Shown one piece after another: positions 24,996 to 36,804 of a stretch of DNA of 64,000 bases. This stretch comes from Callorhinchus milii (Eukaryota): assembly GCF_018977255.1 (NCBI RefSeq), contig NW_024704743.1:19408001-19472000 (forward strand), read 5' to 3'. Both the position numbers and the translations under genes were made by a program. The notes beneath the pieces were generated by a model, which saw nothing but the letters and a program-made list of their open reading frames with translations, ran no database searches and was not told the origin of the DNA. Each line of letters begins with the position of its first letter. Within the stretch, counting starts at the first letter, position 1.

Positions 24996-27754
24996 CTTGG
25001 CAGCCAAGGATTGTCATCTGAAGCACTCAGTTTGATTGAAGAATTTATCAAATTCCTGTTTCAAGGTGAAATAGAGATTCCAAACGTTCCTGGCTTCCTA
25101 AAGCAGCCCCATTGTCCCAAATGCTTATCAATAGTCGTGCTGAGAAGCCAACTAAGAGATCTGCAACTATTGTTTTACAGGTCTCACAGTTGAATCCTGT
25201 GATCCATCAACTGGAAATAGGTCTTGTAAATAGAAGTGGATCTTGCCTGAGTGGGTCTTACACGTGGACCTGGAAATACCTCAAGTCAGATGGGTTGACT
25301 GGCCTATTCCATTTCTACTGCTTTTTATAATAATAATCCTTGCATCGGGCTGTTGCAGTTTTGTACCAAAATGTCAGAAAATACTTCACAGTCAATTGCT
25401 GTCAAATACAATGGCTGTATTTGTCAACCAATTTACACACAGCAGTGTCCACGAACAGCCATGAAGTTGAGGAAAAAACTATGTGGAGGATTGCCATGAC
25501 AGGAGAAATTCCTTTTTCCTTTTGAGTAGGTTCATGAGATCTTCAACATCCACCTACACAGGCAAATAGGTTCTCTGTTTATTGTCTCAGACGAAGGATG
25601 GCACCTCTGACAATAAAGTGCCGTGCAGCAATTCGCTGAAATGTTAGTCCCATTGTTGTTTAAATCTATAACTTCTGATTCAGAGGCATAGGCAGCAGGT
25701 GAAAATATTCTGGATGGCAGGGAGTTGAGATGGGTTCTCCTCGTACTTCTGACCATGCTTTACTAAAGACTGTGGAGTGCGTGTGTGCCTCTGTCTATTT
25801 GCATGTGTGTTTTTAAATAATAAATAAATAATCCTTGCATTTGATATAGCGGTTTTCACATCTTCTCGACATCTCAAAGCGCTTCACAGAATAGACTGTA
25901 AAGTGAATTGACTGTATATTTGTGGGCAAAACGCGGCAGCCAGTTGCGCACAGCAGCATCCCACAAGCAGTCGTGGATTGAAAATGACCAATTTATTATT
26001 GTTTTTTCCGGCACTGCGTCCAATTCCAGCTCACTCAACTCATTGACTGATCCACTTGTTTTACTTTATGTCCTGTTACACACTGTGAGAGCAGTGCCCC
26101 TCTCCGACCACAACATCCCGTTCACCAAAACTGGAGAAAAGCTGGTGAGCTGGTAGATAGATTTGGGGCTGAACCACCTCCAGTCCCAGTCATCCACTCC
26201 CTATGTCCTGAGGTGAGAGTTCAACCAACTGAGCCAAACTAACACATTTTCTTTTACAGCTGAAAACAACAACAGTAACTTGCATGTATATAGCGTACTT
26301 CACGAGGGGGAAACATTCCGGAGCGCTTGAATACAAAGAACCAATATTTTTTTGAAAACACATTTCTTTTCCATGAATGCCAATAGATAATAGTTATTTT
26401 TAAGAAGCGTTAAAAGTTCTAATTGCAATGAGCAATGTCTGCAGTTGGCACGTGCTTCCAGCAATGAGGCAGATGGAGCAGTGCAGGCTGATCTGAGTTG
26501 TATTTCAGTATCATTTCCATACAGCAGCCACATCACGGCAGCCATGAAAATCTGATTATGCACCAGAGCACAATAAAATTGGCCCAGGTAAATGCCAGAG
26601 GAAATTGACGCACGTTTTTATCTCTAAGGAGAGTGAAGAATTAACCTCTTTCATGCCTGCATGAACAGAAATTCTATCCCAGAGTAAATTAATGTGAACT
26701 GTTCACATTTAATAGTTTGTTTGCAACACTAAACATGAAGGTGATCTATGTTTCCAGACAACTCTCCATTTCTCCTGTATAACATTCAGTAACTTTGACT
26801 TGCAAACCTATTTTTAACTGTCTACTGGTATTTGGAAAGCTTTGTTCAAAGGGCTGTGACTACAAGAGCAGTGAGGTAAATGTAACATGAGAAACTGAAA
26901 CTGGTAGACAATATGACCCTGTATGTAGTTTGTAGTAAAGAAGAAGGATTAAGTAGAGGTTAGTCAAAGGATTAACCTCTTGCGTAATCCAAAATCTACA
27001 CATCTATCACTATTCTAACAGTAACAAAAGCATTGGATAATCAAAGCTTTATCAATATTGCACGCTTGACAGATAGAATTTTAAAAAGCCCTATTTTAAA
27101 ATTACAAGTTTTATGAAGCTCAGTGATACTAAAATGAATGGCATGACCTGTTCTTCTACTGCAAACGTTTGTCTTTCATTTCCAGTGGCGGTGGCAATGC
27201 AGAATAACAGAGAATATTCTGTTACCATCCTGTACTTTGCAATGAAGGACGACTGTGGTTCATTTTCCTTTATGTTATAAAAATGAAAGCCACTGCATAG
27301 TTCATGATTTTTCTATCGGTTTTAATATCCTGAAAGAAAGTAATGGATTTGTTCTGGGCACCAAGGTTCCTGCGTTTAGAAACAGCAAGTTATCTTTCAG
27401 TCTTTGTGATGTATGAACCATTCTTAGGCCACTAAACAGCACAGCAGTGAATCACTTATTTAGACTGAGCACCATCCTCTTTTACATCTTCCAAGCCCCT
27501 GTGCACAGAATTTACCACCCTGTAGGATAATTCACCGCTACTGTATTTCTAGCACAGTTAGACATTTTCGGTTGCTGAGTGGAGTTATAAATCTGTCAAT
27601 GTTGATTGTTTTTGGAGCCCCATTATAAGCTCCCACTTGCCCACCACCACCCAGGATAGTACAGATTGGCATTTGTAGCACTGGTGTCCAGTACCTTACA
27701 GATGAAGAGACGCTGGAAAAACATAAATAGAATATCACGTGAGGCAGCCCTGAG

Positions 27755-28190
27755 GGTGCAGTGGATAGAGCTGTAGCTTATGAGCCAGGAGCAAGCTGGT
27801 TCGAATCCCAGTCTGTCCTGAGTTTGCTTGTCTCAACCAGGGCTGAATGCGGAGGCTAAATTGGCCCCGGCCTTCAGGGTTTGAGAGGGGAAAATGCAGC
27901 CAGGGTTCATGCTCTTGGCCCCTTTACAGCACCCTCTATTGACACTGTGTGTATCACTGTATGTGACACTATATGTGTCACTGTGTCAAGCACTGTATGT
28001 GTCATTGTGTCTGGCACTCTGTGTGACAGCCAGAGGGAGAACGGTCAGGCTCAGCTGTGACATCCTCTACAGTTGAGTAGCTCACGCATGAACAATGATC
28101 ACTTGAGCAAGGTGGCAGAGGGCAACCTGTGAAACTTTATCCCAGCAAGAGGAGGGCAGACCGGGAGCAAAGAAGGAGAACATTAAAAAA
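27755..28190 (+). mobile_element. Third tRNA-headed SINE-like element, with an internal 12-bp minisatellite at about 27940-28028
   Basis: cagtggatagagc...ggttcgaatccc A/B-box head; body unrelated to families A and B; about 7 degenerate cactgtatgtgt units; A-rich end. Confidence 0.6.
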
Positions 28191-28362
28191 TAATTGAACA
28201 CTAACATTAAAAAGTTAGAGCCAGGATATTTCAATAAGGGAGTTTTTTAATCTTTATAAACAGACACACTAAATTGCCCCAAAGGCTTTCAACAACATTT
28301 GTTTCAATGGAAAATATTATTCCAGCTGGTGCTGCAAAATTGTTACTCATTATTTTTTTCAG

Positions 28363-28488
28363 CTGATTTAAATTGCTTCAATGGCTCATTGCTCTGCGAG
28401 TCCACTGGTCGATGCATCCCAGTTACTCAACGTTGTGACAATGTGACCAACTGCAAGGACTATCAACAAGATGAATCCAGCTGTTCGG
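28363..28488 (+). CDS. MALRD1: MALRD1 exon: third LDLa repeat (DLNCFNGSLLCESTGRCIPVTQRCDNVTNCKDYQQDESSCS)
   Basis: Acceptor tttttttcag|, donor |gtagga; 126 nt, phase 1 to 1; six cysteines and DE motif. Confidence 0.93.
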
Positions 28489-28778
28489 GTAGGAACACAC
28501 CACATAAAGCACAAGCCCATTCAATAATAATAATTATTATTACTAATAGTAACCATTGCATTCAATATGGTATCTTTCACGTTGGGAGGACATCTCAGAA
28601 ATTCTGTGAAGTGTAACGACTGTGTATTATGTAGGCGCAATACACATTTCATTACAAAATCATTGGGGTTTTGTTTTCATGTTGCAAATGATATTGTTCT
28701 GAAAATTAATATTACTCCAAACGTACCGTGGGCTCCATGTTTGTGACTGGCACTGTTAATTTTATTGTCTTGTTCCAG

Positions 28779-28845
28779 AGTGTCCTAATGGCTTTTGTAA
28801 AAATGGGGGAACATGCATCATTGCTAAAGAAATTGCATTGTGCAC
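28779..28845 (+). CDS. MALRD1: MALRD1 exon: EGF-like domain, first part (ECPNGFCKNGGTCIIAKEIALCT)
   Basis: Acceptor ttgttccag|, donor |gtaagt; 67 nt, phase 1 to 2; C-x-NGGTC EGF motif. Confidence 0.92.
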
Positions 28846-30503
28846 GTAAGTCTATGCTCCTCATTAAAAAGCCCTTTATAAATGTCTAATGAGAAATTAA
28901 AACATTCACGCTCCACATCTTGTAGTAATTTCTACAGATTGTCAGGGTTCAGCAAATTGCAGAATTTTATCAAACCATCTGTTCCTCTCATTAGAAATAC
29001 AGGTTTGTTTGGTCAATTCTCTCCTCACCTCCTTTCCCGAAGGCACTGACTCATCCTGAAGTACGGTTCGACAAGCACCTGCTGGGACCTCAAGCAACTG
29101 GCCAATGCATGAGACAAGATAGTGGGTCCTAACCTAGGAGCATGGGAACATGAATAGGCTGGTTAGCCCGTTGGGGCTCTTCTGCCACTTTATTTGATCA
29201 TTGTAAATCTCTTATCTTTTTCCCATACCCCTTAATATCCTTATCCAGAAATTATCTGCACATCTCCCTCTTAAGCATCCCAATTGAACTTAAGAGAACT
29301 ATTGAAAATAGAAAGGTTTCCACTACATCTTTGAATTGGAAATTCCCATTATGAACCAAAGCAAAACAAATCATTATTATTAGCCAGGAACATAAATAAC
29401 CCCTCATGAGTGTCAATGGGTTATTGACATGTGGAAGGCACCAAAGCCAAGCCTGGTCCAGTGCTCAGTTGTTGCAATCACTGACTGACTTTTTTCCAGC
29501 TTAGTCCAGCAATGCTAAAGACAATTCTAGCTTTACAACCAAAAATCTGAATTACTTAGAGCTGAACTGGGACCTTTTCCAACTTGGTCATCAGAGGAAA
29601 CTGCAGATTTTATTTTCTGTTTTGAATTATTGCCTCTAGAGTTTACATCAGCCAAACACCGTCTTAGCTAAAGAAAAAACGAATCATCAGAAAGGAAATG
29701 GAATACTCTATTATTGTACCTTGTTAGCTGAGTTGGCCATATGTGTTTCACAAGATCACAAGGGTGGTTCGGATGATGAAGGCCCTTCTTGTTATCGTCA
29801 CTCTGATACATTTAATTCAGCTGTCCAGGTAACATTGTAACAATAGTAATAATTAGGTTATAATGATTCAATCTTTGCTTTCCCCCAAAACACTTTCTCT
29901 ATGCAGAGTTTGTTTTTGAAGCATTGCCAGTCATTTGAAAAATTGCCAGTGAACTTGGAAGAGTCACACCATATGATGATGGTTCCCCTGGCTCTCACAT
30001 AACATCTTCAGAAATTATAATCATCTGTGTTTTTAATTAATGGGACTCTAAGAACACTTGTTCCCAGTGATAATACCTTCCAATAGTAATTGGTAATACA
30101 GAAGTTGCCTCACTAGCATTTACAAGTTTGAAGGCACACTGAGATCTAAGCATAGCAGTATTACATCCCACTGTATTCACCAGCCTTTGATGTTCTGAGG
30201 GTCTTTGCTGCTATCCCATTTTTCTGTAACCTACTTATACCCACGTTAATAATGAACTTCATTTCCTTCAAATGCACACTTGCTCAAATTGTAAGAGAGC
30301 AATCATACAGCACATGACTAAGACCTGTTTTATAAGTTCGAATAAAGCAAAGAATCTGCTGTGTGGAATAGCAGGAAATTAAACAGGAAGTGGACGCGGA
30401 CAATTTTATAACTGTACACAATGGTTTTAAAAGAAGAATGTGCTTTTCATTGTTAGGGTCTCAGGTTTCAATAAAACTGTTGTTGGCTCTGGTTGTGTTC
30501 CAG

Positions 30504-30592
30504 GTGTACAAGTCAATGGAGAGGAAATCGATGTCATCTTAATATTAATCCAACGGAGTCTCCCAGCCCCAATCTTACAGAAACTAAAATTG
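30504..30592 (+). CDS. MALRD1: MALRD1 exon: end of EGF domain and stalk (CTSQWRGNRCHLNINPTESPSPNLTETKI)
   Basis: Acceptor tgtgttccag|, donor |gtaaag; 89 nt, phase 2 to 1; C-x-C...G-x-x-C EGF end formed across the junction. Confidence 0.92.
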
Positions 30593-30670
30593 GTAAAGAG
30601 AAAGAAGTGTTTAAGTTGATTCCCTCTAAGATTTCTTGTTCCTAATAATTATTTTTTTCTTCTTATCCAG

Positions 30671-30764
30671 TGGCTCAGTGGTCAGGAATAGGGATGAGCC
30701 TGGCCTTTGCTCTGCTTATCGTGATAATTGTTTTGGTCACACTTTCTAGAAAGAAGACTGCTAA
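30671..30764 (+). CDS. MALRD1: MALRD1 exon: transmembrane helix and stop-transfer (VAQWSGIGMSLAFALLIVIIVLVTLSRKKTAK)
   Basis: Acceptor ttcttatccag|, donor |gtaagt; 94 nt, phase 1 to 2; about 20 hydrophobic residues followed by RKK. Confidence 0.9.
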
Positions 30765-32617
30765 GTAAGTAAGACTGAAGTGTTCTTGATTTGCAATAAA
30801 CACATGACAGTTATGAAAGAAAACATGAAATGAGAAAAGGTCATCAAGCTCATTCTTCCTTGCAGTGCAATTTATCCTGTATTGTTATTAACTTTCCTGA
30901 ATTTAGTGAATAAATATAGATACACCCGCTTTCAAAAAGAGTTTAGTGGAGTTTGTCCCTGAACTAAAAGGTAATTGAGCAAAAACTCCGGGATATTGAT
31001 CTAACATTTCCTGTTGCATCATTGGAATGACATTTCCAGCAGGAGAGAAGCTATGATGAATCATAGAAAAAGTCTTCTTTGATCAAACTATAGCATCTTA
31101 GATTTACAGACAGCAGAAGCCATTGCATTTCACATTAAATTTAAATGCAATGAAAATGGAAGAAATGTTAATGCAATCTAATCTGCCACAGTACTTCTAT
31201 GCAATCGTAATCCATCCACCATCTTTACATGGCTCAGAGCTTTTGACAAAAAGAGAGGTTTGGAGATAATAATAATAATCTTTGCATTTGATATAGCGCG
31301 TTTCACGTCTTCTCGACGTCTCAAAGCGCTTCACAGAATATGCTGTAAAGTGAATTGACTGTATATTTGTGGGCGAAATGCGGCAGCCAAATTGCACACA
31401 GCAGTGTCCCACAAACAGTCGTGAATTGAAGTGACCAATTTATTTTTTCTTGAAGGATTATTATTAGGCCTGATATTTACTGGGTTAGATATTTACTTTA
31501 CACAGAGGGTAATGAAGAGATGAGTGTTGTGAAATTCCAGTTGGGATTACATGAAGCGCCTTTGGCAATACACGAATATAATAGAAGAAATCCCAATAGT
31601 GCCAACCATCACCAAAGGCACCGGATCAAACCTTCACCATATTTTAACTCTGGGAATGGTCTATCAAAACTGGTGGAGGAAGCAGAATCCATAATATCTT
31701 TTTAACTGAAATTAGACAAACACAGATATTGGAAAAATGTATGAGAGGGATAAGGAAAAAGGTGAGGGAATGGAACTAAGAAGGTAGCTTTTTCAGAGAG
31801 CCAGCACAGACACAATAGGTTAGGCAGCCTCTTTCTGTGCTGTAAAATCCCGACTGTATGATTGCAGATCGGAGGTTCTCAAACTATGGGGTGCACCTCC
31901 CTGGGGAGACGTGGGCGGTAGCTGCATTCCTCCCGACATCCCCAGCAAAGCCACTGCCCCAACAATCAAACGCCGAGACAACCTTTCCTCCAGGCAATCA
32001 AATCCCACAACAGCACTTCCCATAGCAACCAAACCCCACGACAATACCTACCTCCGCAATGCAAGATTATTAGCTGGCATTATCGACTCGGTGCCCTCCA
32101 AAGCATTGTAAAGATAAACTCTGATCCCTGAAACTACCATCAATGGAAGTTTATTTTATGTGAAAGGCACTATATAAATGCAAGTCATTGTTGCCATCAG
32201 TGTCACTGGGGTGATTGACAGTCGCTGTGCCAAGCACTTGGATATTGTGCAGTGTGTGGCCACCGGTCGATTAGGATTCAATGTTCAGGATCTGATTGCA
32301 CTTCATTTTCATAGTAAACCAATAAATTCTAAATGCAAATGGTATAAGTAGAATACCAATGGGATCTCCTGCTTTATTCAAAATACATTCAGCTTATGCC
32401 CCAGTCTATTGCAACCCATCATAACTTTGTTTTCATGGGTTCTACGACAAGCATTCTTCAAATAAAGGAGGACAGCTCATTAATAATATATGGCAGTTGC
32501 TGAATTTAAAAATCCAGCCGCAACCAATAGAGCTGCCACTCTGCCAGTGCACTGCACACCCACGTGTGTTCTGTGCTTTACCTAAGCAAGACTTTCTGTC
32601 ACAGTAAAAAAAAATTA

Positions 32618-32669
32618 AATGTTGTGATGTTTCAAATTGCCACCCTGCAATTTGAAACATCACAACATT
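32618..32669. repeat. Perfect inverted repeat: 23-bp arms, 6-nt loop
   Basis: aatgttgtgatgtttcaaattgc-caccct-gcaatttgaaacatcacaacatt. Confidence 0.95.
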
Positions 32670-32859
32670 CCCTAACTTCTCCCTGGGAACCTCACATCAG
32701 GACTTTGACTTCACAGTCTAGGCTGACACTCCAATGCAGTGTTGCGGATGCACTGCATTGTAAGAAGTGCCGTCCTTTAGCTGAGACTTGAACCAAGGTC
32801 CTGTCTATCTATTCAGGTAAATGTTAAATGGCACTACTCAATAAGAGCAAGGAGTTTCA

Positions 32860-33240
32860 TCACTGTAGAGTATTGGTTAGAGCATTTGCCTCACAAGCGA
32901 GAGGATCTGGGTTCGGTTCCCAGGCAGGGCCAAATGTTAGGCAAGTTTCCTTACTCCACAAGCCTCTGTTTATCTAACATTAAGTAGGAACCCAGTTGTT
33001 ACTCAATTAGTGGATCATTTTTCTGTGGATGATGACCCCTTCAAAAAAGTATTAAAAAATAATCAATTAGTCACTCAATCCACGATTATTTGTGGGACTC
33101 TACTATGTGCAATTGGCTTCTGTGTTTTGCTCACAAAAATTCAGTCAATTCACTTTACAGTGTATTCTGTGAAGTGCTTTGAGACATCTCAAAGACGTGA
33201 TAATGTGCTGTATCAAATGCAAGGATTATTATTATTACTG
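32860..33240 (+). mobile_element. Family A SINE (long variant)
   Basis: tggttagagc...gggttcggttccc head, gggcaagtttccttactccac, (TTA)n tail. Confidence 0.8.
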
Positions 33241-34229
33241 TTCTGCAGAAGGTGGATCCCATGACTTCAATAACATTCTCAATAGTTGAATCAAAAAGCA
33301 AACCAAGTAGGGCATTGGATTCTGTGAGACACTGGACAGCCAGTTACTAGAGAACTGGCCAAAATAAACAAAATAAATCAAAGTTTTGGTGGCATCCCAT
33401 TGACCGGTATCAGGTGGTTCGACACACAAGTGACCAGTTAGATGCAAAACAATTGAGAAAGGTGTTAGTCCACCTCCAGTAGCCAGTTACCTAGTTAATC
33501 CAAGTTGTTGTTATCAACCATCATAAAATAATTTACATTTCATGTTTTCCTTGTGATAATTATAAGGGTTGTGCTATAAAATGTTACATATTTCAACCCC
33601 TAGGATTTAGGATTTTGGTTACTATGTTCACATTCCCATGTTTCTTCGGAAAATGCAAAAANCCTCAACTTTTTGAGACTCAGTGTCATTACCATACACT
33701 TGAGGGTACAGTACAGCTTAGGTAAGACACAGAGAAAAGTTTCCTCTCTTCTACCTCAGCTAAGTTTTCGTCTGAACTGTACAAAAACACCACTTTACCC
33801 TTTTACCACACAGGCCTTTGTCTTATCCCTTTATGTGGATCTGCATGTTTTCAAATAGCTTTACTCTATAATCTCAAACCCAATAAGAACTTGGTTGAAT
33901 TTCCCTGATCCAATTCATTTATGATTCTTTTAACCAGCAGGAGACTCACATCCTATTAGTCTGTCCTGGAATGAAATCCAGAAGAGAACGTTGTGTGTCC
34001 ACCTACACGGCTCTACTAGTCTCTCATTACCATTCTGTATTGCTGGCCTACAGGCATGTGGGAACTGAAACGTCTAACTGTGCATCAACACCCAAGCTCT
34101 CATTTTTAGAAATAATCATTTAAACCAAATGTTAATTATTAACAGATCTATTTCAGCTATTGATCTAAATCTGCCTATCAGAATTCATGGGCACTTTACA
34201 GAAAATTGTCAAATGTTTTACTCTTAGGT

Positions 34230-34970
34230 GTCAACAACAACAACAATAACAAAATTAAATTGTTATAGCGCCTTTCACGTTGGGAGGATGTCCCAAGGCG
34301 CTGGACAGACAGAGTTTCCGACCTGAGCTCGGGGTCAGGGTGGGGTAGGGTGGAGGCAGTGGGGGGAAGCAGGGAGATCGAAGGCACAATTGAAGAGGAG
34401 CGTCTTGATATGGGTCTTGAAGGTAGCAAGGGAGGAGGCGAGAATGGCAGAAGGCCCACCCGCCAATAGTGGGGCGAGAGAGGCGGGCAACGTGAAGCAG
34501 GCCAGAGCCCGCTGAGTAGAGGGAGAAAGCAGGATGGTAGGGGTTAGGAGGTTGCAGAGGTATGAGAGAGCAGCCTGGCTCAGTTGATAGCACTCTTGCC
34601 TCTGCATCAGAAGGTTGTGGGTTCACGTCCCAGCTTGGACATTGAGCTCAAAGTCTAGGTTAACACTTCAGTGCAGTACTGGGGGAATGCTTAAAGTTGT
34701 CTTCCTTTGGATGAAATGTTCAACTAAATCTATCAGTTCTGGTGGATGCTAAACAAGACATATAGTGTTATAATAATAAGCAGTTTGTTTGTATCCTGGC
34801 CAGCAATCCTCCAGATACAATTAGTTATTCACTGCTTGTGGGATATTGCTTTGGACAAATTGACTGCTGTCAATAATCTTTACATTTGATAGGTGTCTTT
34901 GGCTGTCCAAAGTTTTGGGACATTCTTACAAAGTAACGTGAAAAGCACTATATAAATGCAATTTGTGTAT
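34230..34970. mobile_element. L2 3' end (-, about 34230-34570) abutting a family B SINE (+, about 34570-34970)
   Basis: (CAA)n plus atagcgcctttcacg reverse tail; cagcctggctcagttgatagc...gggttcacgtccc SINE head. Confidence 0.75.
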
Positions 34971-35779
34971 TGTTTCACATCAGGAGGACATCTCAGAGCA
35001 TGTCACAGGATTTACTATAAACTGTAATGACTGTGTATTTGTAGATGTATTTTTAGATGAATGTGGCAGTTAATTTTCACAGAATGTCCTATAAACAACC
35101 ATGAAGTGAATGACCAAAATGACATTTGTATAGCGCCTTTCATGTCGGGGGGACGTCCCAAGGTGCTGGACAGTCAGAGTTTCGGACCCGAGCTGGGGGT
35201 CGGGATTGGGGAGGGTGGAGGGCAGGGGGGGAAGCAGGGTGATTGAAAGCATGGGCGAAGAGGACTTATGGACTCAGAAAATGAGAGTGTTACCAACTGA
35301 GACTGGCTGACACCAAATAACATAAGGAATGCCAAATATATTCGCATAAAGACAGTACCCCTTTTGCCAGTAAACAGTCAAAATCAATCAGTCATTTACT
35401 TATTTTTCAGCCATTTAACCAACTGAAGTACTTGGCTGGTTTTAGTTGCACTGTGGGAATAATCTCATGGCCTAGAGTTAATATAGAGTATTTGAACCTT
35501 ACAGCTATGTTAGACAGAAATTTACAACTGTAGGAGTGTAGGAGCCGAAACAGCAACAAACTTGAGAACCAAACAAGGCAAATAACTGAATAACAATCCC
35601 ATTTGGTATGCCGACATTTCATGTCAGAACATCTGAAAGTGTATTTGAGAGGAATGCATTCTCTACCTACAAATGCCTTTACAAATGCCTTTGTGTTGGA
35701 AGAAATTGAACCTTAATGGGTTTTATGGAACTGAATAGAATAATCTGAAACCTGTTTCTTTTTTTCTTTCTCTTTCAAG

Positions 35780-35858
35780 GATACCTTTGTCTTCACCCAA
35801 AAGTAACACCATATCCAATATTTTATACGGGGATCCAAATGCAGATCTGTCTGCTGAG
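35780..35858 (+). CDS. MALRD1: MALRD1 cytoplasmic-tail exon (IPLSSPKSNTISNILYGDPNADLSAE)
   Basis: Long polypyrimidine tract plus caag|, donor GAG|gtaagt; 79 nt, phase 2 to 0, compatible with both neighbours. The N-x-x-Y-G motif sits where I recall the first NPxY of mammalian MALRD1. Confidence 0.78.
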
Positions 35859-35917
35859 GTAAGTTTCATTCCACGAGATGCCTCACATCTGTTTAATGCA
35901 GCTGATTCCAACAATAA

Positions 35918-36075
35918 CATTGTACTGTAACAAATGGCCAATGTCAGCAACCATTATTTATAAACACTCAAACCCTTGCAAAAAAATCTATTTAAATTCC
36001 ATTGTACTGTAACAAATGGCCAATGTCATTATTTATATATACTCAAACCCATCCAAAAAAATTCATTGAATTTCA
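35918..36075 (+). repeat. Tandem duplication of about 82 bp
   Basis: cattgtactgtaacaaatggccaatgtca is identical at 35918 and 36000; the remainder is diverged. Confidence 0.9.
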
Positions 36076-36490
36076 ACATTATTCACCGAATATTCCTTCT
36101 GTTCTTAGCTATTAAGACCATCTGGCCTTAAAATTGAAGATTATGGAAAATTCTTAAATTCAATCTCAAATTTGGAAGCTGGTTTCTTGGTAGAAACTGC
36201 AGGAAAATCAGTTTCAAAATTAAGACTCAATTTTAGAATTTTCCACAATTCAGTGCAATCTGAAATTTTTAAGACAAAATAATATTCGGGAGTAAGACCA
36301 GATGGAATTTCAGCCCTCTTGTTTACTTCCAACATTCTGTTTGCTTCCTTGTAAATCTTTTTGTTCAAAGGAAAGTGACAGATTTGTCCCCTTCATACAA
36401 AATTGACCTGAAAAATCCAAATTATTTATAGGCTGTTGCCCATTTGTCTGATCGACAACATTCACTTAATTTCTAAATACCTTAATTTCT

Positions 36491-36661
36491 CAAACCTGTC
36501 TTCAACAACCCCTCGGGAGACTGAGTCAAAATGGCCTTTATACAACGGTGGCCTCTGAGTATGGGTTTGTTGGTGTATTTTTTTCTCTAGGCTGTTCCAG
36601 GATGATTGTTAACAGGGGTGGTTGTTGAATGGAGGTGGTTGCTTGAAAAGGTTTTACTGTA
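36491..36661. mobile_element. Tigger-like MITE remnant
   Basis: aaacctgtcttcaacaacccct ... aggtggttgcttgaaaaggttttactg|ta; imperfect TIRs, right end ACTG-TA. Confidence 0.5.
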
Positions 36662-36804
36662 ATCTGATTCTGTAAAGCATTTTGAGACTTTACGTGAAAG
36701 TTACTGTATGAATGCAACTGCTGTGTATAAAATGTATTTCCATGAAATTTTGGAGGATGGTGACAACAGTAACTTTGTGAGGGAACTAAACGGAAATCTT
36801 ATCA

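Noticed and set aside
26691..26709. Short palindromes (9-10 bp arms; also about 31121-31152)
   Set aside because: Short AT-rich arms are plausible by chance in 64 kb.
31865..31920. hAT/Charlie-like terminus (ggttctcaaactatgggg), and a similar one at about 51193
   Set aside because: No matching second TIR or 8-bp TSD found.
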